DNA of 64,000 nt from positions 186,001 to 250,000 of the forward strand of contig AP039694.1 of NCBI GenBank assembly GCA_051599415.1, in the 5' to 3' direction. Position numbers and translations under genes: made by a program. Below the pieces are notes generated by a model that was given only the letters and a program-made list of their open reading frames with translations, had not been told where the DNA came from and ran no database searches. Source of the DNA: Savitreella phatthalungensis (taxonomy: Eukaryota). Below, piece by piece: positions 19,787-30,652 of this stretch. Each line of letters opens with the position of its first letter. Positions within the stretch are counted from its first letter, which is position 1.

Positions 19787-20695
19787 ATGTTCCGCAACCA
19801 GTATGACAACGATGCTACAACATTCAGTCCCCAGGGTCGCCTACATCAGGTAGAGTACGCACTCGAAGCGATTAAGCAGGGTTCGTGTGCGGTAGGTCTC
19901 GTCAGCAAGACACATGCTGTTCTCGTCGCCCTGAAGCGGAATGCAGAGGATCTCGGAAGCTACCAGAAGAAGATTATCCGAATCGACGACCACATCGGAA
20001 TCGCACTCGCTGGACTCGCTCCAGACGCCCGCGTCCTCTCAAACGCGATGCGTCAGCAGGCAATGTCGTCCAAGATGGTGTATGGTCGGCCGATTCCCGT
20101 CGGCCGTGTGGTCGGAGCACTCGCAGACAAAGCACAGCGGAACACACAGCACTACGGGAAGCGTCCTTACGGTGTAGGACTCCTGGTGGCAGGGTACGAC
20201 GAGGCCGGTCCACACCTAATCGAGTTCAACTCGTCCGGCAGCGTTCTGGAGTACCGCGGCACAGCGATCGGTGCGCGTTCTCAGGCCTCGCGAACCTACC
20301 TCGAGCGCACATTCGAGCAGTACCCAGACGCCTCACTCGACGACCTCGTCCTCCACGGCCTCAGAGCGCTCCGCGACTCGCTCGCGCAGGAGAAATCGCT
20401 CACGCCGCTCAACACGTCGATCGCAGTCGTCGGCGAAGGTCAGCCGTTCAAGCTGATCGAGGGAGATGCAGCAAAAGAGTGGCTCGAGAGACTTGGTGAC
20501 GTCTCTGTCACAGCCGTCAGACAGCGAGAGGCTGCAGAACGGGCGGCAGCAGCAGCAGCATCAGCAGCAGAGGCTCAATCACAGCCATCCGCAGATACAC
20601 AGACAACAGATGCAGGTACAGGTGCCGGTCCAGATTCACGTCCCCCAGCACAAGACGATACACGGCCAGGGGAGGACGCCATGGACGAGTCGTAG
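19787..20695 (+). CDS. PRE5: 20S proteasome subunit alpha-6 (PSMA1)
   Basis: MFRNQYDNDATTFSPQGRLHQVEYALEAIKQGS, RPYGVGLL, IGARSQ. Confidence 0.97.
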   Translation: MFRNQYDNDATTFSPQGRLHQVEYALEAIKQGSCAVGLVSKTHAVLVALKRNAEDLGSYQKKIIRIDDHIGIALAGLAPDARVLSNAMRQQAMSSKMVYGRPIPVGRVVGALADKAQRNTQHYGKRPYGVGLLVAGYDEAGPHLIEFNSSGSVLEYRGTAIGARSQASRTYLERTFEQYPDASLDDLVLHGLRALRDSLAQEKSLTPLNTSIAVVGEGQPFKLIEGDAAKEWLERLGDVSVTAVRQREAAERAAAAAASAAEAQSQPSADTQTTDAGTGAGPDSRPPAQDDTRPGEDAMDES

Positions 20696-21595
20696 ATGAG
20701 GCGGCAGAAGACGAGAGTGTTTTTTGAAAGGAAGCAATGCATGACTATAGCAATCACTACGTATGTTGTACAACTTTGACTTGACCTGACATCGTGTGCT
20801 CTTGCAATTGTGAACTAGACTCAGTTTGAACTCTAAGGAGAATGCGCACTCAGATAAGCATCGACAATAATGCACCAAGTCAGATACACCTGAAGAGAGA
20901 TGTTGAGACGGCACAGTGACCAAACTAGGATCTCAATGCGTGTCGGTGCCAATGGGTCGTGTTTCCACAGCTACATGGTCGGGAACCAATCATCCGTCTA
21001 CAGAAGAGGTGCACGTGTTGGCATAAGCTCCTAAGCCAACAATACAGATTAGATATCCGGTATACAGTCACATCCGAGACAAAATGTGCTTACGAGGGTA
21101 GAATACACACGTATGCATCCGTACGTATCTCGCAGGTTGCTGTATGCTGTATTGATCTACCGATGACGATTGCTCATTACAGTATCTAACCACCAAAGAG
21201 TGGTGCCTAGTTCTACGTATGGTTATTCCATCCCCATATTTCATGGGAAACTCCCACAGGTAAAGGCTATACGATGCATGACTTTTGAACTTTGGAGGTT
21301 CGTGTACTTCCCGGTGCGTCCGTAGAAGCAAGAGTAGCAGTAGGTATGCTTCGGAAGCGTGATGTCGTTCAGATCGATTGGAAGTAGATCTATCGCTAGC
21401 TCGAGCATTCGAGAAGGAGACAGAGAAAGAGAGAGAGAGTGGGTTGAGCCTATATTGAAGTAAAAGCCTCTCTCTCTCTTTCACACACACACTGATGTTG
21501 GTGAGTGAGTTGAGTTGAGTAAGTGCTTGACTGATGGAGGGGAAGGAATTATTGACTCTGAAGGATTGATGAAGTGATTCGTTGAATGAATTTTT

Positions 21596-21619
21596 AGCGC
21601 CGTTGACGTCAAAGGCGCT
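21596..21619. promoter_or_regulatory. ATF/CREB-like site TGACGTCA inside a 24-bp near-perfect palindrome, upstream of the Rpn4-like gene
   Basis: AGCGCCGTTGACGTCAAAGGCGCT has one mismatched pair. Confidence 0.45.
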
Positions 21620-21774
21620 TTCAATCTCCTTACTTCAGTCAATCTGATAAAGGTTAAAACTTTAAAGAACCTTTTTCGGGTGTACCAACTCGCTTGTTCT
21701 GAAGCTAAGCACACCCAACGGAAGAAGTCATACAGCTGAAGCCTTTTAAGCTACTATCGTCACTATTCATTGGG

Positions 21775-21801
21775 GAAGAAGAAGAAGAAGAAGAAGAAGA
21801 A
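21775..21801 (+). repeat. (GAA)9 microsatellite
   Basis: Read directly from the sequence. Confidence 0.95.
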
Positions 21802-22734
21802 GCGGGAAGGCTTCTACAGCAACGTCTGTTCCAGTAAACCATTGACGCGAACGTTCATCAGATCTGTCTTCTCTCGTGTGCTCCAAGGGAAGAGTCATCC
21901 ACATCTGTATCCGTCTAGGACCAACAACCAGCGAGAGAACCTAGACAAGGACAATTTCTCAAAAACTCGTCAGTCAACAAAGTCAGCCAGTACGGTCATC
22001 TTGTCAGTCGACTAAGTCAAGGTCTTACGCTCGAAATCAGATCAGGTAGGTTTCCATCGTGATCATCGTCAGCATCACCATCATCACCATCATCATCGGA
22101 CACCACGAACAACAAGCAACTCATCCATCCATACGTCCATCCATCGTGCTGCGATACAGTCATCCATCGAGTCCTCGACTCCACAGACACGTTCACCGGT
22201 ATCAAATACTCCAATCGTCCATAGTCAGTTCGGATCCTCGTCAGTGACGGTATCACCAGAACTCGATAGAGCTCTGCACGCCTTGACCGAACGCTCAGGT
22301 AGATCGATTGCGGGGACGACTTTGATCAGCCGGCTTCAGCGCTGAGCTATTCGAATTGGATACATTGCGACGCGTAACAGGACCTACCGAAGGAGAGGAA
22401 AGCGATCAGGTCCAGCTAAATTGCGAGGATACGCGCTACTCACACGAGCTCAGAATCTACGATTCAACCACTAGCCAGGTGTTCAAGCACCTTCCATTGA
22501 GCATTACCTGACTTGAGTCGCCACTTAAACAGGTCACATCCCCATTCTCAGACTAAAGCTCAAGCTAGAGCTATTCAACAACCCATTTCAAAGGGATTGA
22601 GCTTCGAAGCTTAAAAAGATTGACGCAATATAATATCGACCGATCGGAGCAAGAGCAGGCAATCTCTGAAAAAAGAAAAATCATCGCGACAATTGCAATC
22701 AATCAATCTCTGTAACCTTCTACCTGACGCAGCA

Positions 22735-24747
22735 ATGTCAAAAAGATCAGCGCCGACTCTCGTTACTGAAAAGTCTTACGACAGCACCGCCGGAGGGGTC
22801 GGAGCAGCAGCACTTGCGGCAGGAGGATTCGCTGGGGGCAGGAGCAAGTTCTTCAAGCTCGATCGTACTTATACAGACGTCATCGAGGACGAGCTTTACG
22901 CAGCACCATCATTAGCAGCATCCGCGACTGGCGCAACTGCCGCCTCACCTCCACCAAAACCTGAGAAGCGTCCTGGAATGACCAGAGCTCTTCACAGTCT
23001 TTATCCAGATCTATTTGATAAAGTCGCAGCTCAACAACAGCAGCAGCAGAAGCAGGAAGAGCAGCAGCTCGCAAGCGAGTCCGGACTCCGCAACTCCTTA
23101 TCTCGCGATCAAGCGGATGCTTCAGGGATGACTATCGAGAGCAGTGTCAGATTTGAAGGTCGGCCTTCGCCGCAACACGGGGCACAGCAGCTACAGCAAA
23201 AATCTGCGGCAAACCAGCGCGACCTTGCCGTCGCTGCAGCAGACAAGCGCATGAAAGATGGCGTACAGTCCGAGGAGCCGACAGTCTCGCCCAAAGAAGC
23301 TTTCTTGGATGTCAGAGACGCGAAGGGCGATCGCTCTGGAGGTGGCAATCTTCTCTACTCTCAACACTCGGCGTCAGATATCGCGGATACCCTCAGACAG
23401 ACTTCATCTGCATCTGAGAGTGGCTTCAGCCAATTCAACTCTTTGTCTCAAGGTACCGCCACGCAAGAGGATCCGGCTTCGATGTCTACAACGACGAATG
23501 GCACAAACTCCAACGGAAGTAGCAGCACTCTGCGTTCTCGTCCCTACAATTATATGGCCAACCTGGCGCAGTACACAGCTCTCTACGGAGATGCACCGCC
23601 ACAGCGCGTTCCAGCAGATAAGCCAAATCCACAGAATCAGGCCAACAGTCGATTCCGCCAGTTGAGCAAGGAGAGCTCTGCGGTCAACAACAACAATAAC
23701 ACCAACTACACAACTGCAGTCGCTACGCCGGAACAAAAGCGCCTCTATCCGCCTTCGTCTAGCATCGAGAAATGGCAGAGCCAGGGAGTCACCGGAGTCA
23801 TACCGCCACTACCACCAGCAGCACAAATTGTCCAGCAGCAGCAGCAACAACAACAACAGCTGCAACAGCCAACTCCTAATCAGGCTGTTGTGGAGCCAAA
23901 TACGCCAAAGCAGATTAAACAGAACTCGAATGCGAGCGCAGGAGACGAGAGCAATCCCAAGAGCGGGAGCAACAACAAGATGCTTGGTCCGCATCGATGT
24001 GATCTAATTAATCCTCTAACTGGTGAATACTGTGGCGTCGAATTCTCACGACCGTACGATCTGGTCCGCCACCAAGATACAATCCATCGGCAGAAGAAAG
24101 CAGAATTCCGGTGCGATGTGTGCAACGAGATTGGCGTCGAGAAGGTCTTCTCTCGAAATGATGCGCTCGTCCGACATATGCGACATGTGCACAAGATTGA
24201 GCTGCCTTCAAAGAAGCAGATCAAGGCGGCGCAAGCGGCTGCCGCTGCCAGCGACTCTTCTGCAGGCAACTCGCCTGTCAAGCCGCTTGTCCAGCACAAG
24301 CTATCACCGCAGATGATTGTCCACCATGCACCACCTGGGCAGCTCCCGCAGGATTCGATGATGGGACCGCGGCTGATGGGTATGCCGAGCATAGGTTCAG
24401 AGACATCGTACGGCTCAAGCGACAGTATGCAAGCGGCGGCGGTAGCTGCGGCCTATGGCGGTCTTGCGCCGCCCACGAATATGTCGCTTTCGCCACAGCA
24501 GCAGGCTGCAAGCATCCAGTCATCCTCTTCGCCCCCGCAGCGCTTCGCTCCGCAGCAAGTCCCCATCGCTGCCACGCCAATCCAGCCTATGGCACAGCCA
24601 CAACAACAATCGCAGCAGCAGCAGCAGCAGCAGCAGCAGCCCATCACGCTCTCACCGCAAGACCAACAAGCCCTTGCGGCTCTTGCTCCCGCAGGTGCGG
24701 TGGCAGCAACAGCAGGAACCCGCCCGAATGGCCTCCTCCCCGTCTAG
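22735..24747 (+). CDS. RPN4: Rpn4-like C2H2 zinc-finger transcription factor (proteasome gene regulator)
   Basis: Atypical first finger HRCDLINPLTGEYCGVEFSRPYDLVRHQDTIH, second finger FSRNDALVRHMRHVH, and N-terminal KLDRTYTDVIEDELY motif. First ATG is at 22735 (the track ORF starts at TTG). PolyQ tracts present. Confidence 0.85.
   Translation: MSKRSAPTLVTEKSYDSTAGGVGAAALAAGGFAGGRSKFFKLDRTYTDVIEDELYAAPSLAASATGATAASPPPKPEKRPGMTRALHSLYPDLFDKVAAQQQQQQKQEEQQLASESGLRNSLSRDQADASGMTIESSVRFEGRPSPQHGAQQLQQKSAANQRDLAVAAADKRMKDGVQSEEPTVSPKEAFLDVRDAKGDRSGGGNLLYSQHSASDIADTLRQTSSASESGFSQFNSLSQGTATQEDPASMSTTTNGTNSNGSSSTLRSRPYNYMANLAQYTALYGDAPPQRVPADKPNPQNQANSRFRQLSKESSAVNNNNNTNYTTAVATPEQKRLYPPSSSIEKWQSQGVTGVIPPLPPAAQIVQQQQQQQQQLQQPTPNQAVVEPNTPKQIKQNSNASAGDESNPKSGSNNKMLGPHRCDLINPLTGEYCGVEFSRPYDLVRHQDTIHRQKKAEFRCDVCNEIGVEKVFSRNDALVRHMRHVHKIELPSKKQIKAAQAAAAASDSSAGNSPVKPLVQHKLSPQMIVHHAPPGQLPQDSMMGPRLMGMPSIGSETSYGSSDSMQAAAVAAAYGGLAPPTNMSLSPQQQAASIQSSSSPPQRFAPQQVPIAATPIQPMAQPQQQSQQQQQQQQQPITLSPQDQQALAALAPAGAVAATAGTRPNGLLPV
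24613..24639 (+). repeat. (CAG)9 coding microsatellite (polyQ) in the Rpn4-like gene
   Basis: Read directly from the sequence. Confidence 0.9.
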
Positions 24748-25104
24748 GAGGGATCTTGGTAGAGTAGATGCAAATCACACAGACACACATGCGCGCGCGC
24801 AAACACACGATCAATTGCACGCACACGCAAGACCATGAAGACATGACAGAAATCGGGCAGAATGAATTGAACGCAGGCGAGTTACGAAGGTCAGAGTCCG
24901 ATCTTGGAGATGGACCACTAGGTAGGTAAGTAGGTAAGTAACTATGTTTGATGTAGCTCATAATTTCGTTCTTATCATCATCATCATTATCACCATCATC
25001 TGCATCAGCAGCAGCAGCAGTAGCAGTAGCATCCACACACATGAGCTTGAGTCGATCATGAGGTAAAAAAAATGAGGCATTTGAGAATTTGAAAATTGAA
25101 AAGG

Positions 25105-25114
25105 AAAAAAAAAA
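25105..25114 (-). terminator. RNA polymerase III oligo-T terminator of tRNA-Asp
   Basis: Run of 10 T on the minus strand, 3 nt after the tRNA 3' end. Confidence 0.85.
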
Positions 25115-25116
25115 TG

Positions 25117-25208
25117 CTCTCCTGCCGGGAGTCGAACCCGGGTCGCCCGCGAAATTGCTCGTCATATCACCTGACAAGCGGGAATCTTGACCGTTGGACC
25201 ACAGAAGA
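25117..25208 (-). tRNA. tRNA-Asp(GTC) with a 20-nt intron (25152-25171)
   Basis: Acceptor stem TCTTCTG/CAGGAGA, anticodon stem CCCGC/GCGGG, loop TT-GTC-A^C, T arm CCGGG-TTCGACT-CCCGG, discriminator G. 72 nt after splicing. Confidence 0.96.
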
Positions 25209-25234
25209 CTTGTGAAAATTGTGGAAGGTCAGTG

Positions 25235-25242
25235 TATATATA
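25235..25242 (-). promoter_or_regulatory. Upstream TATA element of the tRNA gene
   Basis: TATATATA 27-34 nt upstream of the mature 5' end, within the palindrome GTGTATATATACAC. Confidence 0.6.
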
Positions 25243-27856
25243 CACACAATTGAAGTAGGTCAAAGCTGTGGGTGGCGGTCGTCTTTCGGTCGGTGTACTA
25301 CCTCCAGCCTCTTGCGTGCTCAACAGCATCAAAGAGAGTCAAGCCGTGAGAATAAGATTTCATATAACACTTCCACAGTAGATGCTGCACCTGCATCGGA
25401 AGTCATAATGGATGGCGTTGTAGCCGTGATAGTGGTATCACCAAGAGTCTGTGCTTTGGCCATTGGTTCGACGACAACAAAGATATACGGGTGTCTTGGT
25501 GCAAGGGTAACCCCGTGAATCGATCGCAAGGCGAGTCGGCGGTAACGACAAGGCTCTTGAGATTCAGTATTGGCCACCTATTCATCTCAGAAAAGTTCAC
25601 TTAGTGGTACTTAATTAACACTCATCGACCCAGTCATACATGATAAGGAAATTGGGTCTATCAGCTATACAGTTCGCACTTAATTGCAACAAGATCATTG
25701 ATCAGCACTTGAAGCCTTGACTGAGTCATGCATGCTGAGTATGTGCCGGTCCCGTTAGGCACCTAATTGGTACCCTAGAGATGATGAGGCGACAAGTCAC
25801 TCAAAACTGAGATCAAGTCAGAGGCAAGTCGCTGATGCAGGCGTGCCTCAATCACTGAACCTGACATTCTGCAGAATTGAGGTATTCTGCTGTGAATTCT
25901 GGAAAAGGACTCAGTCAGTCAGTCACTCTCTCGCGACTAGCGCTATCCAGTCAATAGCATAGCTGAGCGATCCTTGACTCTCAGTTGACAATCAAATCAG
26001 ATCAAATGAGATCTCGTCTGTTCTGGAATTTGTGGTCATCATCGGCACCTGAGGCAATTTACTTAGCTCTCATCAGTCGGGCCTGATATAATCTGATCAG
26101 AAAATTCTTAGATGAGCCGGAAATATTATATAATTACATGTACCACCCGATCACACTAGTTTAAAAGCCTTAGCTAGCTGTGAAATTGATTTTGTGTGGC
26201 TTCCTCGTACTCAACAGCACAGCACAGCACAGCACAAGATCGTGACAATGGCACATAGCTGAATCGTGTACATGATACAATGGAGTGAGCGAGCTTCTTC
26301 AACAGGTTTGACTTCCTGCTAGATGAATGTCTGCTTGAGGACCTGAACGCTGCATCGGCCTGTTTCGAGTACTTCCTCAGAAACGTCTTTCACTCTGAAA
26401 ATGGTATCATCATCAGAGCTACTGTCTAGTCTCGTACATTCCCCCAGATAATGATGATCATGATGTTGATGATGATGATGATGATGACGATGAGCAGGAG
26501 GCTTTAAAATTCGCATTTTGAAAACGGATTTTGTCAGTTCCCGAATCCTTGGATATTTGTCTTGAATTAGACCCACGATCAATCTTTTTCTTTCTTTCGT
26601 TGAAATGTACGAGGATGACTTATAACCTGGAGGTCTCAGCTGTTCATCTCGTTCCCCGTAGTCTCTGTCTCGTTTCCGCTTCTCGTTCAATCTCCGTTTT
26701 GTTCTCGTTCTCGCACTCGTTCTCGCGTTAATCTTCGATCGCAACCTCGCTCTCGTTCCCCAGGATTCACAGCCATCCAGTAGTTTATTCTTCCCGAGAA
26801 CTGCTTTTTTAATCCATATATCTGACCGCTGTACCATAACCACTGCAGATCGGTGCACTCACCTTGAGCTGGCCTCCATCAGCTACCATACAGCTCCATA
26901 AGCCGTCCAACCTTATTGACCTGATGCATTGTCTCCAAGATCTCCGACCTCAGATCCAGCGCCCACTCGATCTTGTTCGTTTAAGTTCCCTATGGAGTAT
27001 AAGAATTCCTGCGTATGAATCTCCCCGATCGGTGGTGGCGCTCTTTCATGCTCTCTAGCATACCTTGCAAAAAGACCTCTATGGCTGAACGGCGTCCCAA
27101 GCGGAGATGTGGAGCGATCCGAGTGGCTCTCTCAGAGCGAGGTTTCTTCTCCCACTGACGAGGATGACGCTCGTGGTTGATCATGAATCTGTGAAAGTGC
27201 CGTCTAAACTCGAGTTCACAAGTACGAGAATAGTTAGGAATGTTCTCTGAAAGCCCTTTTTCGGTAGAAAGCCCTCGCAATCGACTCTTGAGATGAAGCG
27301 GTGACAGAAGAGCATACCAAAGAATGAGGCGAGACAATCCAATACGGTCGAGCCTGCCTGGGCACCTTCGCCGGAGGAAAAAAGTGCCTGTCAGTCTAGC
27401 GGTGGCCCCTCACAGCAATCTTATCCATCTCATATCACGACCCCGGATCTACATGGCTGCATCTCGATCGACTCTTTAGATGACCGCACCACTCTTCTTC
27501 AAGCCATCGCCCCTTACGAAGACGCGTGCCACGACCTTAGATGATTCAGATGGGTTGATTACTCGATCTTAATGCAATTTCCTGGCGCGTCTCGCCGGCT
27601 TGAGAACCACATTCCAGCCTCCTTTGTCTCCTTTACAGTCATTCCTCCCCGCATACTCAACATTCGGGGTACCATCTCGTGCTATTGTGATGACGCGATG
27701 GCATGTGACGTCGATGAGTCGGTCACACCATCACTCTAATCAACCATTTTTGCCGTCTGTAGTTACACAAACTCGGTAACGAGCCATCGTCTCCATACAC
27801 CTGGATACTGCTTCCTCGACGTGCCCACCTCTCGACACCCACTCGGACGACAAGTG

Positions 27857-27863
27857 TATATAA
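27857..27863 (+). promoter_or_regulatory. TATA box of the KGG microprotein gene
   Basis: TATATAA about 75 nt upstream of ATG 27937, followed by an A/C-rich leader. Confidence 0.6.
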
Positions 27864-27936
27864 GACGAGGTCTCCACTCCATTATTGACCCATCGAACAG
27901 TCAAACAACCTTTTCGAACAAACAAATCAATCAAAC

Positions 27937-28101
27937 ATGAGCGGATCCGGAGACTACAAGCCCACCGAGCACGACGGCCTTCGCAAGGATGGTCAGCCTG
28001 ACAAGCGCGTCCAGCAGGACCAGTTCGCCCACGGCAAGGTCGACCCTGTCGAGGCTGGCAAGAAGGGTGGCAAGTCCTCTGGCAACACCTCGGACGAGTA
28101 A
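27937..28101 (+). CDS. 54-aa hydrophilic KGG-motif stress protein (hydrophilin, Con-10/YciG-like motif); absent from the ORF track
   Basis: MSGSGDYKPTEHDGLRKDGQPDKRVQQDQFAHGKVDPVEAGKKGGKSSGNTSDE*. Strong start context (caaacATG), strongly C/G-ending codons, upstream TATA. Confidence 0.88.
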   Translation: MSGSGDYKPTEHDGLRKDGQPDKRVQQDQFAHGKVDPVEAGKKGGKSSGNTSDE

Positions 28102-28243
28102 ACTAGTCTTTTCCTGGACTTGAAACAAACTCCCCACACCAACACTACTGTAATCCACGACATCTCCAGGCAATAATCTGTCATCCGTCCTGAACTCTTA
28201 CCACGGATGGTCCCAGTATCACCTAATCGCAATTACCTGCATG

Positions 28244-28756
28244 TCATTCATTGCTATCCCCTTGTTGTTGTTCTGAGTCTGGAGATTGTGTCTTGGCGTG
28301 CTTCCGGCGCGATTTCTTCGTTGCTCTTGCCTTCTTCAATTGTGCTTTAGCCTTTCTGGCATCTAATTCAGACAACACGACCCTGGTACTCTCCTCATCG
28401 CCCGTGGTCGTTCCACCTGCGAGTGCCATCAAGTGATGCTCGACGCGCTGGGCCAACCGACGTCGAGCGACACGGCGATTGGTTGCACGATCTCTGGACT
28501 CCTGGACTGCGACTGCGATCCCTGTCGGGATGTGCTTTAGTAGCACTTTCGACTCTGTCTTGTTGACGTGCTGGCCGCCAGGTCCAGAAGACCTGCTGAA
28601 CGACTCAGCAAGCTCAGACTCAGGAAGTTCCGGTGCACGTCTGATCATCCCACCACCAACAACACCACCACCGCCAGCAGACGATCCCGCACATCGAGCA
28701 CCAATGGATCTCACAGCGATTCGGATCGGTATCAACCCAGGAAGCCTACATGACAT
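28244..28756 (-). CDS. Mitochondrial RF-1-domain peptidyl-tRNA hydrolase (C12orf65/mtRF-R-like ribosome rescue factor)
   Basis: FSRSSGPGGQHVNKTESKVLLKHIPTGIAV, SRDRATNRRVARRRL, basic C-terminal tail, presequence-like N-terminus. Confidence 0.88.
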   Translation of the reverse strand: MSCRLPGLIPIRIAVRSIGARCAGSSAGGGGVVGGGMIRRAPELPESELAESFSRSSGPGGQHVNKTESKVLLKHIPTGIAVAVQESRDRATNRRVARRRLAQRVEHHLMALAGGTTTGDEESTRVVLSELDARKAKAQLKKARATKKSRRKHAKTQSPDSEQQQGDSNE

Positions 28757-28982
28757 TGGCAGCTTAATGATCAGTGCAGATTGACGTACGTTGTGTATGC
28801 TAAAAGATCAGGACTTCCGTGGATGTCCACTCTAGGAAATCTCGAACAAGTTGAAAGATCAATTGATCTGTGAATCAAACGCACAAGTTTTGATGCACAA
28901 AGTGGGATACTGCACTGCTGATGAATGATCATTATTCTGTGGGGGAGAAAGTCTTGAGAGGCGAATCGAGGGCGAGTGTATT

Positions 28983-29528
28983 CTAGGATGATGCAGGCAC
29001 TAGCGGCGTGCAGTAGCCATGACCGCCTTCGCTGACGTGAAGATTCATCGTTGTCGGTTTTGATTTTGGTCTCGAACTCGGACTGTCCAGATTCAGTGAG
29101 TCTCGACCGTCCAAGAGATCAGCACTGCTCAAGCACGCCAAATCCACCTCGTCCACCGCCACCTTCCCATCATGCTGAATTCCAGCCGTCTGGAATTTTT
29201 CATCGCAGGCATTACGTGGGTCAGGTCCGTGGGTGAGGATATCGTCAGCGAAGGTGATGGTGAAAGTTGGTGTGAGTGGTCTGCGTGGTGAGCGAGTGCC
29301 AAAGATGGCAGCGCACACGCGGCGTACGAACGACCGTTTTGGTGGAGAATTATTGTAATAGGGTCCAGCAAGCTTCTCCTCGTCATCATCGAGAGAAATG
29401 TCTCGCGTACCGTCAAACGTATCGCTCTCAGCAAGGCGCCGACCTTTCAAGCTCAACACTAGAAGGGTCAAGCAGATCGATAGGGCAACAAATCCAGCGA
29501 TCATCGAGTCCTCGTCACTCAGCTTCAT
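28983..29528 (-). CDS. Hypothetical single-pass membrane protein
   Basis: 181-aa ATG-initiated ORF with an N-terminal hydrophobic helix followed by KGRR. No recognisable domain. Confidence 0.6.
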   Translation of the reverse strand: MKLSDEDSMIAGFVALSICLTLLVLSLKGRRLAESDTFDGTRDISLDDDEEKLAGPYYNNSPPKRSFVRRVCAAIFGTRSPRRPLTPTFTITFADDILTHGPDPRNACDEKFQTAGIQHDGKVAVDEVDLACLSSADLLDGRDSLNLDSPSSRPKSKPTTMNLHVSEGGHGYCTPLVPASS

Positions 29529-30608
29529 CTTGAGAGAGATCAGTAGCTAGACGTCAATAAGTCTGAGAGCGATAAACGGTAAGATTCTGCAGTGGTTCAA
29601 AATCGCCAAGTCAGCGTGCAGGTGGAAAATCGTAGAGAGCGTGAAGAGGTCGGAAGTTAATGAAAGTGGAAGAAGTGCAAAGGGTGTCAAGCGTCAACTG
29701 ACGTCTTTCTAGACATGCTGTGGTGAGAGGAACGTGATTGGCGAGCCAAAAGGCGATGCTCTGATGAGATTTGAGAATGCGATGCTGGAAGACAAGGATG
29801 CGCGCTAGGATATGCAAACGCTGACGGATGATGCCAAGGGCCGACGGAGCGGGGAACGGAGACCTATTACTGAACGATCTCTGACCAGGGCTGAGCACTA
29901 CCTCTCGCACTTAGGTCTTTGCACCCTGAGACGTGCCGAGTGCTTCTAATATGAAACACCGCTGCGCCTGCGCTCGCACGGACAGTCAGAATGCTCACCT
30001 CTCCACGCAGATCCTACAACCCGCTGTCTTTCTGTCTGACACGTCAGGGAGACAAAGATGTCTGGAGGCGAAGATGTCACCTAGAGATTGACCTAGGTCA
30101 GGGGACTGAAGTGGATTTGATCGTGCTTGAGATCCGTTGCGCAGACGTGAGAGAGGATCTGATCTACTTCGATCCCTGTCAGGAGAAGTCACAGGTCACC
30201 TGCATTCTGCGCATCGTTGGCTAGACAGAAGACCTTAACTCGATTGCTCTCCACTCACATTCTACTCCCTGTACTCACTCTACTCTCTCTACTTACTCTA
30301 CTATGGAGCATCTCCTTGCTTTGGCTATCAGAACTGCCTTTCTGCAATAGCTTCCCCATTTCTCCCTTTCTTCTCTCTCCTGCATTCCCATATCCCACAC
30401 AGGGCTTAGAAGGCGTATCTCTTCTGTAATCCTTTGCTGTACATATTTTGACTGACTGTAGCTCCAAAGACTTTTCAAAACTCATATAAGAATAGGCACT
30501 AGAATTTTCCCAAAAGAGTAACACGATAGAACATCAACAACTTCCAAATGAATCAATTTAATTCACCGCGCAGCTTCAGGCTTACAATTTATGGATCGAT
30601 TCAAGCTG

Positions 30609-30652
30609 CAGCTAGAACTACAGCTACAGCTAACAACTACAGCTAACAGCTA
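30609..30652 (+). repeat. Degenerate 6-7 bp tandem repeat (CAGCTA/CAACTA/CAGCTAA), about 7 units
   Basis: cagcta gaacta cagcta cagctaa caacta cagctaa cagcta. Confidence 0.75.

Noticed and set aside
26319..26858. 179-aa minus-strand ORF with poly-His and an Arg-rich tract
   Set aside because: GTG start, and its composition is explained by (TGA)n and CTCGTT simple repeats. No domain recognised.
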